From Ruditapes philippinarum (taxonomy: Eukaryota), in assembly GCF_026571515.1 (NCBI RefSeq), contig NW_026860638.1:62001-126000 (forward strand): DNA of 64,000 nucleotides. Direction: 5' to 3'. The position numbers and the translations under genes were made by a program. This document shows positions 27,611 through 40,099 of this stretch, piece by piece (the first letter of the stretch is position 1; each line of letters begins with the position of its first letter). The notes under the pieces were generated by a model. That model did not search any database and was not told where the DNA came from. It saw only the letters and a list, made by a program, of their open reading frames with translations.

Positions 27611-28433
27611 CATGTTTCATCAGCAGGGTAACTTAAAAGAACTGAAACTTTAAAAGATCAATTTGATTTTTTTTAAACAGAACAACTGGGACACTATAAA
27701 CGAATAGTTTTACAAACGAGGATAAAGAAAAATACAATAATTGAATAGAAATTCGTACTTCTTAGCAAGGAAAATTATATAACACGTTGTGGTGTTTCAA
27801 AAGAAGGCATGTGCTGTTACAATGTGCTTTAATATATAATTTTTAAAATTGGTTTATGTTCAAGCTTTTATCATAAAATTACAAATTGAGATATACTGTG
27901 CAAAAGGTTAGTTTTTATAGAGATCAAATAGTCTATACAGACCTTCCAGCCCCATCAGGTTAACAACACTTTAGAGCCTTTAATGTATCTAAAATGATAT
28001 CAATGATTACAATAATGAGCATAATGACATTCACGCCAATGCCTTCCATATAATACGATCCTGTTATTACACATGATGACACTTCAACCTCGGTTGACTC
28101 GAACGACCGATCTCTCAAACAATTTACACAGGCCCTCCGAGTGCGAGCGGAAGAAGTTCGGTTGTATGTAAAAATATGCTTGCTGATTAATTAATGTAGG
28201 TTGCATTCATACTTGTGAATTTATAATGAGTAGGTTTCTAATTGACTGATTCTGAGTATTTTGTAATTTCAAAAGTCCTTAAATTTAATTCCGTATATGA
28301 GCTGTTTAAAACTACAAAACAATGTGTGTTGTGATCCATATGTGAACGATGCCACATTAGAAAGGATGGTAAAACATTAATTAATGATTCATTTAACTTG
28401 TCACCTGACATTTTGTATCAAATGATGTTATAG

Positions 28434-28535
28434 ATAAGCGTTCCAAACGCTCAGCTAGCAGACGAGACAAAACAGGAAAACAAAAGAAAAAATCGAAAAA
28501 TGGCGGGAAAAATAAAGGGTCGTGCAAAACATGCG
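28434..28535 (+). CDS. Metalloprotease exon with furin site RSKR and basic linker (1-1; 3' boundary uncertain)
   Basis: tatag|HKRSKRSASRRDKTGKQKKKSKNGGKNKGSCKTC|gtgttt. Confidence 0.65.
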
Positions 28536-28588
28536 GTGTTTCTGTTGGAATCCAAATTGGAATAGGAATTAACAGTAAAATATGAAAA

Positions 28589-28812
28589 NNNNNNNNNNNN
28601 NNNNNNNNNNNNNNNNNNNNNNNNNNNNNNNNNNNNNNNNNNNNNNNNNNNNNNNNNNNNNNNNNNNNNNNNNNNNNNNNNNNNNNNNNNNNNNNNNNNN
28701 NNNNNNNNNNNNNNNNNNNNNNNNNNNNNNNNNNNNNNNNNNNNNNNNNNNNNNNNNNNNNNNNNNNNNNNNNNNNNNNNNNNNNNNNNNNNNNNNNNNN
28801 NNNNNNNNNNNN
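28589..28812. other. Assembly gap (N run)
   Basis: Ns. Confidence 1.
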
Positions 28813-28929
28813 TTCACACACTCCCTTACAAATTATTTTCGTTTTGTCGTTTTGCCTGCATCGTTAATATTCCAGAGTTATTTACATTTTTCCCGCTAAT
28901 TACATAGATAAAATACATCTTAACTAACT

Positions 28930-29290
28930 GTTCTTTTATGTTTCATTTGTTTCAGGTAACATAAAATGATCTCCCTTGAGTAAATTATTTTTATTACTGT
29001 CGTTTTATGTCTCACATGAAATTGTCTCCCTTGATTAAAGTACCTTGTTACTGTCTTTTTATGTCTCATTTATTTCAAATAACCTGAAATTATCTCCCTT
29101 GTTTAAGTATCTTGCTTCTGTTCTTTAGTTTGAAATAACATGAAATTATCTCTCTTGTTTTAATTTTCTTGTTACTGTCTCATTCATTTCAAATCACATG
29201 TAATTATCTCCCTTGTTTAAAGTACTTTGTTACCGTCGTTTAATGTCTCATTAATTTCAAATTAACATGAAATTATCTCCCTTGTTTAAA
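28930..29290. repeat. Degenerate ~60-65-bp minisatellite
   Basis: Recurring atgaaattatctcccttgtttaaagta...gttactgtc. Confidence 0.75.
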
Positions 29291-30159
29291 CGTTGTAATC
29301 TCCCGTGTATCTTTTATATCCACATATATAAGTACGTTTATATTGCTTTTGAAAATGGAATCAAAGAGGAGGCTTCTATTGATTCCCAAGAAATAATCAA
29401 CCTTTAGCTTGCCTTTTTGTATGTTTGTGTTTTCCTTTTCATTTTGGGCAATTCTTTGCAAGTATTATGTTTTGGTGCCAGTGATTTCACTCAAGTTAAT
29501 AATGTTGTTGTTGTAAGTGTTATTGTTTTTTCATGTTCTAAATAGTGACTGTTCATTGTGACAAAATGAATTTTACTTTCGTAAACCTTAATATTTTAGG
29601 AACAGTCGCAAAATAACTGATTTTTCATTGAATTCTTAGTAGAAGACGATAGTAATTATGCAGCAGACGATACTAATTATGCAAAGATAAAATATTGCGC
29701 ATGCTTGTTTTAAAGAAAATTTCTGTAAGTTATGATGTTTTGATATTAACCGGTGACAATGCAAGACTAGGTAAAGGTGAAAGACCATTTTATGTGAGGT
29801 TGATATATGAGTACATGTAGTTACCCTGGACTCCATTATCGTAGTATAAAATAGCGGATATACCTTACAAGCATTTTGATAAAGACTATAAAGTTTCCGA
29901 TTTTCTTTAGCTAATATCATTTCTCCAACAGATTGATTTTTTTATATCACACCTCTGAAGAATGAGGAATAATTTTGCCACAGAATGCATACGAGATAGC
30001 GCGAACTAAAATTATTTTACCTGTTGAATTCTTGTTCATGATTTGACCTGCTTTTAAATTTGAAAACCCCATTTAAATGTTAAAAGATCTCAATATGAAA
30101 ATACAAAACGTAAGCTACCAACAATATAGAGCTTGGTTAGAATGACAGGATGTGTATAC

Positions 30160-30233
30160 TAGCCCGGTGTCGTGTAATAATCACACGGGCGTAATATTAC
30201 CACGCGTGCGATAATTACGCGACACCGGCTCTA
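30160..30233. mobile_element. 74-bp mini-MITE (Academ-like termini)
   Basis: TAGcccggtgtcgtgtaat...attacgcgacaccggctCTA flanked by a tac/tac 3-bp TSD. Confidence 0.5.
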
Positions 30234-30301
30234 TACTAGTATCGAAGATTAATCATTTTCAGTTGCAGGAGGTTAAGAGCTAATGTTGTTATCATTTTCA
30301 G

Positions 30302-30437
30302 GCAAGACGGCAAAGCCGTACCAGCCATATCCGACCGGGTCTAAAACACCATACAAAAAGCTACCAGACTGGGTGTCGGATGATGGGGCGTCGTGTATTG
30401 ACGTGCTATGTGTAGTAGACTATAGTATTTATAGAAA
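30302..30437 (+). CDS. Metalloprotease catalytic domain, first exon (1-2)
   Basis: ttcag|GKTAKPYQ...SCIDVLCVVDYSIYRK|gtaag; reprolysin strand-1 motif. Confidence 0.85.
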
Positions 30438-30995
30438 GTAAGACATGAATAGTCTCGTCTTTTGTGTATCATAATCTATAATGCCCAAAAAAACTATTAA
30501 TTCTCATTCTTAACATTGTGTATATGTAATAATGATTATTTTTTGAAATCAGTGTTAATTATTGTATAAATATACACCCAATATACAATTTCACAATTGT
30601 ACAAACATAATCAAGTGTGCATACAAAAGGGTTGGGTCAGAAGTTCTAACAACATTATCGTGAGCCCTTCCAGTAAGAGCATGTTAGGTGCTTATTACCT
30701 GAAGAAAAGCATTGCTAAATTTGAAATTATTTGTCAAAAAATAAGCAAAATGTAAACAAAGTTGTAAGTTTTGACTTCCAAACAAAATACTAAATCATTA
30801 CCATTATTCTAATTGATAAAAAGCAACCGAAGCAAAAAAAACGATTCAGGGGATTGGCTAGTAAGTTTTTGGAAACTATAATTTGGCCGCAGAAATAAAA
30901 AGTTTAAATTGAGAAATCATCTTTATTAATGTCCATCACACGATTTAAACAAGTTCAACATCTCAGAGTGTTTTATTCTTCTTTTTTTTTTACAG

Positions 30996-31071
30996 ATTTA
31001 AAGCTTCAGAGAAGTCCGACAAGAAAGCCATGCAGAAGATACGATATTATTACGCACACGTTATAAATGGG
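30996..31071 (+). CDS. Metalloprotease exon (2-0)
   Basis: tacag|FKASEKSDKKAMQKIRYYYAHVING|gtatgg. Confidence 0.88.
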
Positions 31072-31785
31072 GTATGGTCTGGTTTTTTTTATTAATAATT
31101 GTGGTTGGCTAACAGTATTTTAAAGTATACTGCACATATTTTACGCCTCTTTTCATTAGATTACACTTTTATATAAACTATTTACACGGCTGCTGTAATT
31201 GTTTTCTCTGGCGTAGGAAGTTTGCTGTATTATAACTTCGTTATAAAGATTCTTCTATTATATTGTCATATATGAACGGTTGTTTATAATATAGCTTAGT
31301 GGCTGGAATGATATATGCAATGTTTAATTATGTAGGGCCATATACCTTGTCAAAAATATTTAAAACTAATGAAATATAAAACATGCTAGAATGTGTACAA
31401 ATTGAAGTTTTAAACACAAAGAAATATATATGTATAGGGATAATTTCAAAATCGTTCATTTACTTATATTGAAGATTTTGACACGTTAAAAGGCAAAAAA
31501 TATACGTTTAGAAGGTTGACCCCTCCTCCCGCTCCCCGGGTACGCACATGCAGTTCTTTTTACACGGACATAGAACCTGTCAAAATGCTTTGAAACGGAT
31601 CTTAAATATCCCACAAATATCCATTTATTTAAGTAAAAGAAATGAAAGTTACATCAGGAGTGTCACATTTATATTTTTGATTATATTATATTATGGGACA
31701 TTCTCAGATTTCTGTTATATAATTCTATGTGACATTTACATATCAGATACTTTATGTATTTATATGTAATAACTTTTATTTTCAG

Positions 31786-31863
31786 ATGAATATGAGATAT
31801 TCAACAATTGCTCAAAAAGATTTAAAGATAAATGTGCGTCTAGCCGGTTATTTCATTGCAAAA
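31786..31863 (+). CDS. Metalloprotease exon (0-0)
   Basis: ttcag|MNMRYSTIAQKDLKINVRLAGYFIAK|gtaagt. Confidence 0.88.
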
Positions 31864-31954
31864 GTAAGTAACATATATTTCAACAATGTTTTATCTAAAA
31901 TTGAAACATGTGATCGTATACATGTGTAGTGTGTGTATGCTGGATAGGGCGGTT

Positions 31955-32210
31955 TGGGTTTCGGATGTGGTTTTATAGTTTTAATAGAGCTATATGTTTT
32001 GGATGGGTGTTGTTTCGGATGGGGTTATATTTTTTCAGATGGGACTTATATTTTTCGGATGGGGGTTATATGTTTTGATGGGGTATATATTTCGGGTAGG
32101 AGTGGATTCAGATGGGAGTTATATATTTCGGATGGTGCTTTTGTTCGGATGGGGATTATATGTTTTGGATGCTGGTTATTTTGTATGGGGGTTAATGTGT
32201 CGGGATATTA
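31955..32210. repeat. ~20-bp degenerate minisatellite
   Basis: ttcggatggggttatatat variants. Confidence 0.75.
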
Positions 32211-32615
32211 AAACTAAATCTGTTCTTCGTCTTCATCATCCCCCTCTCAAAAAAGTCTTGTGAAACTGAGTATCTTCAACACTACGTATTATAATATTGC
32301 ACGTTTTTAACCTCGCTTTTCATTGGATAATTGTCACGTTTATACACACTATATACAATACACAACTACTGTCAGTTTATGAAGTTATTTCTTTTAAAGC
32401 TTTTACTGTAGCATATATAAGTTCATTATAAAGATGCTTTACAGATTATATAAACGTACGTAAAGTTTAAACGAGTGTTTGCAATATAAATCTATATAAC
32501 TGATAATATACATAACTGACTTGATATTTTTCATTGCCTTAATTGCTTTCACCTGTTTCTTTCTATGCTCAACCAGATAAAACATATTGATAAATAGAAA
32601 ACACATTTTTTTCAG

Positions 32616-32782
32616 AGGCCAAACGATTTATCTTTCATAGATGCTAATAAGATGGCGAAAGATGCCGGATATCGAGTGAACAGTAATTATACTCTAACAG
32701 AATTAGATTCCTTTTTAAAAAGAATGCAGAAAAGAAAAAAGAACGTGTTACCGGATTTTAATCATGCCATGTTATTTTTAGA
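32616..32782 (+). CDS. Metalloprotease exon (0-2)
   Basis: ttcag|RPNDLSFID...VLPDFNHAMLFL|gtaagt; DHAMLF-type motif. Confidence 0.88.
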
Positions 32783-32837
32783 GTAAGTTGAATTCTTGAT
32801 AGCCTTTCATAACAAGGCTTTTATCATAATCAACATC

Positions 32838-33045
32838 ATTCGTTCATTTGTTCGTTCGTTCGTTCGTTCATTTATTCATTCATTCATTCATTCATTCATT
32901 CATTCATCCATTCATTCATTCGTGCATTTATTCATTCATTATACATTCATTCATTGACAGATTCGTTCGTTCATTCGTGCATTTATTCATTCATTATTCA
33001 TTTATTCATTCATTCATTCATTATTCATCCTTTCATTTATTCATA
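32838..33045. repeat. (TTCA/TTCG)n microsatellite
   Basis: attcattcattc... Confidence 0.95.
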
Positions 33046-34075
33046 TTTTTATTTTAACTTTGCCCAACCCTTTTAAACCAAACGAACATGATACAGCACC
33101 CGCGAAACAGCAGCAGCAGCAGAGTAAACCCGTATTTAAAATCGAAATTTATAGCTATATTTAAAGAGTTTAATTGGAAAAACACCACACTAAATACCCG
33201 TATTCCGGTATATACCGGGCAAGGCGCTTGGGTCAAAAAGCCCAAAAATCTTGGGCCCTTTTCACCCAAAAGGAAAGGAAAATTTAATTTGGTCTAATTC
33301 ATCTTTTCACAACCCATTTAATTGATGAATGAATGAAAAATGAAAAAAAACGGGCGAAAAAAAAAGATATTTTTCTATTTTGTTTACAAAATTTCTGCAA
33401 ACGTCAAAAAGTACTGCCCCAACCTGGTTTTAGTTAAATCCATATTTTAAAACGATTGATAGAAACGTAAAATCAATGCAATAGATCGATTTTATTAAAA
33501 TTTTATTTTAAACTGTCCCGATGTCCAAAATTTTAAAAAATTTTTCCCAAATTTGTTTTGATTGTTGAACCCCTTTTTTTTTATTATTATGCTTTTTTCT
33601 CATCAAAAACGTTTTTTTTCTTTTCAGATAGCACTACAATAGGAGGTTCTTTTTTTAGGTGATTAAATTATAACCTGAAATTTTAAAAACGGAATTTCAC
33701 AAAATACGATTTTAAAATATTTCGAGTATTTTTTAATTACTTTTGGTGTCTTTCCGTTTTTAATTTTAAAAAAAACTTTTTTAGGAAAATTCAAACTTTA
33801 TGGGGTTTTTTGTTCAAGACCTCCGTGAGTCTTAACTCATCGGGTGAAATTTTTAGAAGTTAAAAGCTGAAAGAAAGTTTTATTTTGAAGGCATGTAGAA
33901 ACACATTGCGATTTTATATTGTTCATGATTAACTTTATGCAAGGCTGAATAATGCTTGATATTTATTGCATGATTAACTTTAATTTCAAAATATTTGTAT
34001 GATTTAGAATTGCATGATTCACGTTAAGCAAGATCAATTTGTATGATTTTTGTATTGCATGTCACGCATGATTAG

Positions 34076-34165
34076 AATCATCTGATCACCATATTGATGA
34101 GTCGGTGTATCAATACGCATTCCAGCATGGTGAACCGAAGGACGGTGTAGCTGGTGATGACGGAG
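34076..34165 (+). CDS. Probable metalloprotease exon (1-1)
   Basis: attag|SSDHHIDESVYQYAFQHGEPKDGVAGDDG|gtaata; in phase with the HELGH exon but needs an extra 2-1 exon upstream. Confidence 0.5.
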
Positions 34166-35016
34166 GTAATACTACGCCTAGAAAATAGTTCTTTAAATTC
34201 TAGTCTACGTATCTTTTCCTTCTTTGCATTTCAAACGGTACTGGTTAGATTTGCGAGCAGTCATAAAAACAATGTAACCTTGTACAGGACTTAAACAATC
34301 GCTTTGATAATTTAAATAAATACAAAAGAACAATTTTTGGCGTGACCCAAAAGAATACTTTTATGAAAGTACGCATGCTTACGTGAGATGGTTTGTTCGG
34401 GTATTGAGTTTGTAAAAATTTGCATGCAAGTTATGTTCAAATAAAATATAAGTTGTAAGAATGATTTTGTGATGGAATGGGAATGATATAGGATGGTGGC
34501 TTGTATATTGGACTTTAAAATATAACACATAAATAACAAACAATTACACAAGATATAAACATGTACAAATACGAGAACAAATACAAAAAGAGATATTTGT
34601 ACAAGACTAAAGACTATCAAAAGCATGAAATTTCCTTAATCGTGTAAGATGCAAAGTAAATAAGAAATGTCAATAAAGACACATAGATTTTACCAGTCTT
34701 GCACAGACCCCCCCCCCCCCCCCCCCCCTCCTACCATCCTTCGGTAGAAGGGCATAGCACTTTCTGACAATCAAATGGCACACTATGCTTCCTCCGTTGT
34801 TATTGCTCTATCCCCGTCTACGTTTGATGCCGTATTAATCCGGCAGTGTGAAGCAGACAAGATGGGTAAAATACGGCCCAGTTATTCTTCACACTCTTAA
34901 ATTATTGCATTTACATCATTGGAGCATAAAACATTTAAGATTTCCAAAGAACTAAGCTACCATAATACAATTTCAGTGCACTATGATGATGGTATTTTAT
35001 TTCCGGTCTTTTGCAG

Positions 35017-35125
35017 GAACAAGTTTTGTAAGCGGTATATGTTCGGATTCAAAGAGTACATCATTAGTGGTAGATCACGGAGCTTACACATCATCTGGCA
35101 TAGGCACGCATGAACTTGGACATAA
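35017..35125 (+). CDS. Metalloprotease active-site exon (1-2)
   Basis: ttgcag|GTSFVSGICSDSKSTSLVVDHGAYTSSGIGTHELGHN|gtacgt; HExxH. Confidence 0.93.
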
Positions 35126-35438
35126 GTACGTAGATTTCGTGCAATATTCAATCCGCGAATACCGATGACGTCATTGTTACTATAAATAAGTTGTTTCTTT
35201 ATTATGTCAAAATATACAATATAAGCTCGGAAAAATAGACTTTGCTGGCGGTCAGAATGGGATGAAATATTCTTCGAAGAGCCTAAAAACATAAAATTTG
35301 AAATTCGTACATAGATCATGCGTAGCACTTAAATATGAAAATGTGCAAAGGATAATAAATATACATACTCAAATTAAATTGAATATTGATTTTTTGTGTG
35401 CGGTTCTTAACCCGATTTAAGTGAAACTAAAACATAAT

Positions 35439-35590
35439 TGAGCCGTGTCATGACAAAACCAACATAATGGGTTTGCGACCAGCATGGATCAAGACCAGCC
35501 TGCGCATCCGCGTAGTCTGATCAGGATCCATGCTGTTCCCTTACAAACCCTATAACAAGTAGAGAAACTGATAGCGAACAGCATGGCTCA
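35439..35590. mobile_element. Short MITE
   Basis: tgagccgtg...catggctca termini; internal palindrome cagcatggatc...gatccatgctg. Confidence 0.6.
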
Positions 35591-35799
35591 ATTATTCTGG
35601 GGAAAATGGGATGAAAGAATTATGTGAAAAATAATGCAAAGTTATAAGGACAGACCGAAATCAAATGGTACAAAAATACAGAAAACTATTTCCACTCCAG
35701 TCCTGTCAAAAAAAAACTCAGTGGAGTTCTTAAATTTTACTAATTAAAACAAGGTCTAACATATCTATATTGCGTTTTTTATTCTCATTCTATTTTTAG

Positions 35800-35982
35800 T
35801 TTAGGCGTTTACTGGCACGATGGAGAGGGAACTGCAAGGGGGTCCAGATGCAACGCTTCTCTGAATTATATCATGGCCCCCGCTTCGTACCTCATTGATG
35901 AGAAAAATCTTCGATACAGTTTCACGTTTTCCACATGTTCCACACAGCAAATTAAAACTCACCTGGACACCTTGATAAAGTT
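35800..35982 (+). CDS. Metalloprotease exon with third Zn ligand and Met-turn (2-2)
   Basis: tttag|LGVYWHDGEG...C...YIMAP...FTFSTCS...|gtaagt. Confidence 0.93.
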
Positions 35983-36740
35983 GTAAGTTTATTCATACAT
36001 TAGCATATAATTTTGTTGATGCAAGGAGATAAGTGTGTTTGAATGAAAGTGTTTAATGGTTAATTAGTATGACAACGAATTATTGCAATAAACGAATCAA
36101 TGGGCATGTACCAAAGCATCTAACAAGTAATAGAAAGAGCATCGAAACACGAGTGCAAGGGGTCGTAGCCCCCGAGTATAACTGAGATCACCGATTGTTT
36201 TATTGTTCTTCCTCTTTTGTATCATAGGCAGAAATAATAATAAAAAACACGTTCCCTGTTGTCACAATATGAAACCCCAGAAAAAAGTAAGCAATGAACG
36301 GCCATCTGAAAAAGATATTTCTATCGCTTTCCCTTTCTCTGCCATCACAATAAGTAAGCCCCAGCAAAAATGGACCGGATTAAACGATACGATTTAACTG
36401 CGACACATTTTTAACAGAAAGGTCCCCAAACTATGATACAATATTACCATACCCATGTTTATTGTGCTGTAGTTAAAATGAAACAAAACTATTCCAACTC
36501 AATATACTTGTATTACTGAAACTAAATCTGCAAACAATATAATCCAAATATTTTAAATCAAACAAATACGGTGAACTTGTTTTGATCAAAAACTCTGACC
36601 GAAACACTGCAACGATTATTCAGATTAAAAACTCCTTATCCGAAGTTTGACGGAGTTGGCCGAGAAGAAGCGATTGCGAAAAAGTCCTTGCAAACTAAGC
36701 TAACAATTTCAAATCATCCCAAAGGTTATATTTATTGTAG

Positions 36741-36900
36741 GAACCGAAACTGCTTGCAGTGTAACCAGCGAGACAGGAAGTCTAAGTCAGACACAAAAAT
36801 AGATAAAGAAGTTGAAAATCATTTGAAAATTTTACCCGGAGAAACGGACAATGTACATACACAATGTCGACAGTTATATGGACAGGGATCCTTTATGTGT
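36741..36900 (+). CDS. End of catalytic domain and start of ADAMTS disintegrin-like domain (2-0)
   Basis: tgtag|NRNCL...LPGETDNVHTQCRQLYGQGSFMC|gtaagt. Confidence 0.92.
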
Positions 36901-37067
36901 GTAAGTTTTCTTCTTTTTTTTTCTTCTTTTTTAATGCCCCAATCGCTTTGACCAGTTGCTTTTGTTGCTGTTCAATTTACATTGGAGATTATGTCAAAAA
37001 GAAAAAAAACTGCATGTAGTTTTATCATTGAAACTAACGTATTTGTTTCTTATTTGATATATTGTAG

Positions 37068-37187
37068 CCGCCAAATAGCCCTGACGAAATGTGTTATAGA
37101 ATGTATTGCTACGACCCGAAGCGTAGTGCATGCGCAATCATCAGTGAACAAATGGCGGCCACCGGAACACCATGTGGTAGATACAAG
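37068..37187 (+). CDS. ADAMTS disintegrin-like exon (0-0)
   Basis: tgtag|PPNSPDEMCYRMYCYDPKRSAC...AATGTPCGRYK|gtaccg. Confidence 0.92.
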
Positions 37188-37422
37188 GTACCGTAATTTA
37201 GGTTTAATTAAGATTTTTTGAAATTTGTATTTTTGCTAGATATTTTGCATAAAAAAGGGAGCTGATAATTGATGGTTAAATTAATGTAAATTTCCGAAAC
37301 ATATTACTAAAACACTAGATAATGTATAGTCTTGCTACAACACTAAAGAAATCAAATAAATTTATCAGAAGAGATAAAAACAGTGACTGGCATATTGACA
37401 ATAAGATGTGTTATAATTTCAG

Positions 37423-37474
37423 GTGTGCAACATGGGCAAATGTGTGAGCGATTCCAAAGGAAAAGATGTTCCAG
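37423..37474 (+). CDS. Cys-rich exon (0-1)
   Basis: ttcag|VCNMGKCVSDSKGKDVP|gtaaac. Confidence 0.9.
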
Positions 37475-38092
37475 GTAAACTTAACTTCTTTCTTTCTAAA
37501 TGTGTAGGCGTGACCCATTGATGACTCGAATTATTTGCAGCTGTTTGATGTCCGTAGACCATATCTTGGCTTACTGTTCATAAATGTAAATAATCGTTTT
37601 CCCATTTGTGAAGACATGCATGTTTCGAAAACAAATCAATGCATTACAGTCAATTGTCATTGATTTTAGTAAATAGGAATAGAGAAAATGAAACAAGCAT
37701 TCTTTAAGCCAGATTGGGAAGAAATAGTTCAGCTTTTTACGGATCACTTTCGAGTCTGCTTCCGGGAACTATCCAGTATTGGCCTCAAGGTTTTAAAACA
37801 TTTTCCCAAGCTATGTCTCGAATGTCAGGACTTAATTGTTCAGTATACATTCTGTGTCTGTTTCTGACTATTCAAATATCTAAAAACTCCTTGATAGCCT
37901 CGAACCCTTGTGTCATATGGAAAAACATGGACGTTACGTTACTCATACACGATTAATATAATGTAGCCTTTAAGTTGTACAATTGCAAGAACATTTAAGT
38001 TCAAGTGCTCAAAAAGTATCCTGAGTTAAATCCATCGGATCTCCGTTAGCTAGTTAAACATCTTCCACACTTTGAAGAATAAAAAGTGATTA

Positions 38093-38310
38093 TCGGGACA
38101 ATGGTGAAGGACCTTGTCGGGATTTGAATCCATAGGGGCAAAGGTTGGCTTTGTCGGGATTTGAACCCACAGGATCAACGGTGAAAGTCGTTGTCGATAT
38201 TTGAACCCACAGGCTCAACGGTATAGGGGCTTGTTGGGTTTTGAACCCGCAGGAACAACACTGAAGGACCTTGTCAAGATTTAAACCAACAAGAACAACG
38301 GTGAAAAGCC
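38093..38310. repeat. ~40-bp minisatellite with B-box-like core
   Basis: caacggtgaaggaccttgtcgggatttgaacccacagg, about 5 copies. Confidence 0.75.
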
Positions 38311-38396
38311 AGTCACTCGATGTCGGAAACCTTAAACACTCTGCTGTGTTGGCTTCCATTTTACGTATATGACAATTGTTTATTTTATTTATACAG

Positions 38397-38510
38397 ATGA
38401 TTGTCCATATCCAGATATACCGTCATATGGAGCCCACTGTGAGGACGCCACACCATTTATGTGTAAAAATGACAAGTTTAGGCAAAAATGCTGTAACTCT
38501 TGCAGTAAAC
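38397..38510 (+). CDS. PLAC-like Cys-rich C-terminal exon (1-1)
   Basis: tacag|DDCPYPD...HCEDATPFMCKNDKFRQKCCNSCSK|gtaagt; CCxSC. Confidence 0.88.
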
Positions 38511-38567
38511 GTAAGTATGATTTATATTATTTTTTAATGATTTAAATCTTATTCTTGAGAGAGTCAT

Positions 38568-38806
38568 NNNNNNNNNNNNNNNNNNNNNNNNNNNNNNNNN
38601 NNNNNNNNNNNNNNNNNNNNNNNNNNNNNNNNNNNNNNNNNNNNNNNNNNNNNNNNNNNNNNNNNNNNNNNNNNNNNNNNNNNNNNNNNNNNNNNNNNNN
38701 NNNNNNNNNNNNNNNNNNNNNNNNNNNNNNNNNNNNNNNNNNNNNNNNNNNNNNNNNNNNNNNNNNNNNNNNNNNNNNNNNNNNNNNNNNNNNNNNNNNN
38801 NNNNNN
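38568..38806. other. Assembly gap (N run)
   Basis: Ns. Confidence 1.
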
Positions 38807-40099
38807 TTTCAATTCAATTTATTTCATTCATTCATTCTCTCTGATTTATTAATTAATTTATTCTTTATTCGTATATTTCATTTATTTGTCCATCGTGATA
38901 GAGTAGGATACCACAACTTATCATAAGCTCCGTGGACATATCCAATGCACGTGTAGTCTGAGACAATATTACAACTCTCGTGACGTGTACGGGTTATTCC
39001 TTTCTTATAAAACTAATAGTGAAAAACATTTTAGATATAAAAAATCACGTGATTGTCTACTCGTACCAAAACAAAAACCCTCAAATAAACGAGACTCTAT
39101 ATCTTAACCTGCTTTAGCATTTGCCCAACCGTATAGGGCAGGTATACTGTTGGCTGACCATCTTCAAATTTGCATCCTAATTTCCCTAAATTTGAAAATC
39201 GACAGTTTCGGAAATAAACAACTGTGCAAGTACATTAAAATTTTTACGACATTCAGCATGTTAGAGGCTAAAACACCATAAATGTTCACCATATATGCTT
39301 GCCGATGAACTCAAATCATCTAGTACCAAAGTATGACCATTCGACCTAGTAAACGGACACTCTCCACATTATAGTAAGATAAATTAGGTTCACGAACTTG
39401 CAAATATTAAATAATTTAGAGCGAATATATTTCACTTTGCCTGTAAGCATTATTGTATTATAATACCGTCGTCATTAGACGTTGTGTACCGTGTACAGGT
39501 TTCAGTGTGTCTAGTCGAAAAAGACGGAATGTCGGAACACACAGAATCACCTGTTATTTAACCCAAATTAAAAAAAACGACAACCGGTGATTCCGCATAA
39601 TAGCTTACATGGTAAAATAAAGGTACCGTTAATCAAGAATTTAAATAAGACAGCATGAACTAAACAAATGAAGTATTGGTCACGGGACTTAATTTTGACA
39701 AAGCCTTTCTTTTGTAAATTTTTTTCTGCAACATCCGGAGAAAAAAATCGAGGGAGCATAACTGGTTTCTAAGTTGTCCGTCCTTGGTCACTCTTGCTGA
39801 TAGTTGTTGTTTTCTTTTTAGATTATTCGTTATTGTTGTCATTATATGTATATCTATGACGCCTACCCTTATGTCCAGGGATAAAGAAAATGTCATCTCC
39901 GTCAGTTGTCCGATATCTTTAATATTTGGTGTCTAGCATCTATCAATTTGAATTCGACGGAATTTCAACACTTTTCACCCAAATCTATGATGTCTGATTT
40001 GTAACGCTTATGTGCGTCGTGTTGTCGCTAACTTTCATATATTGCGAATACTTTAAATTACATTTGTGTCTAAACAGTATACAATATGCCAGATTATTT

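Noticed and set aside
28393-28899. ORFs with X runs (also 38555-38926)
   Set aside because: Artefacts of N gaps.
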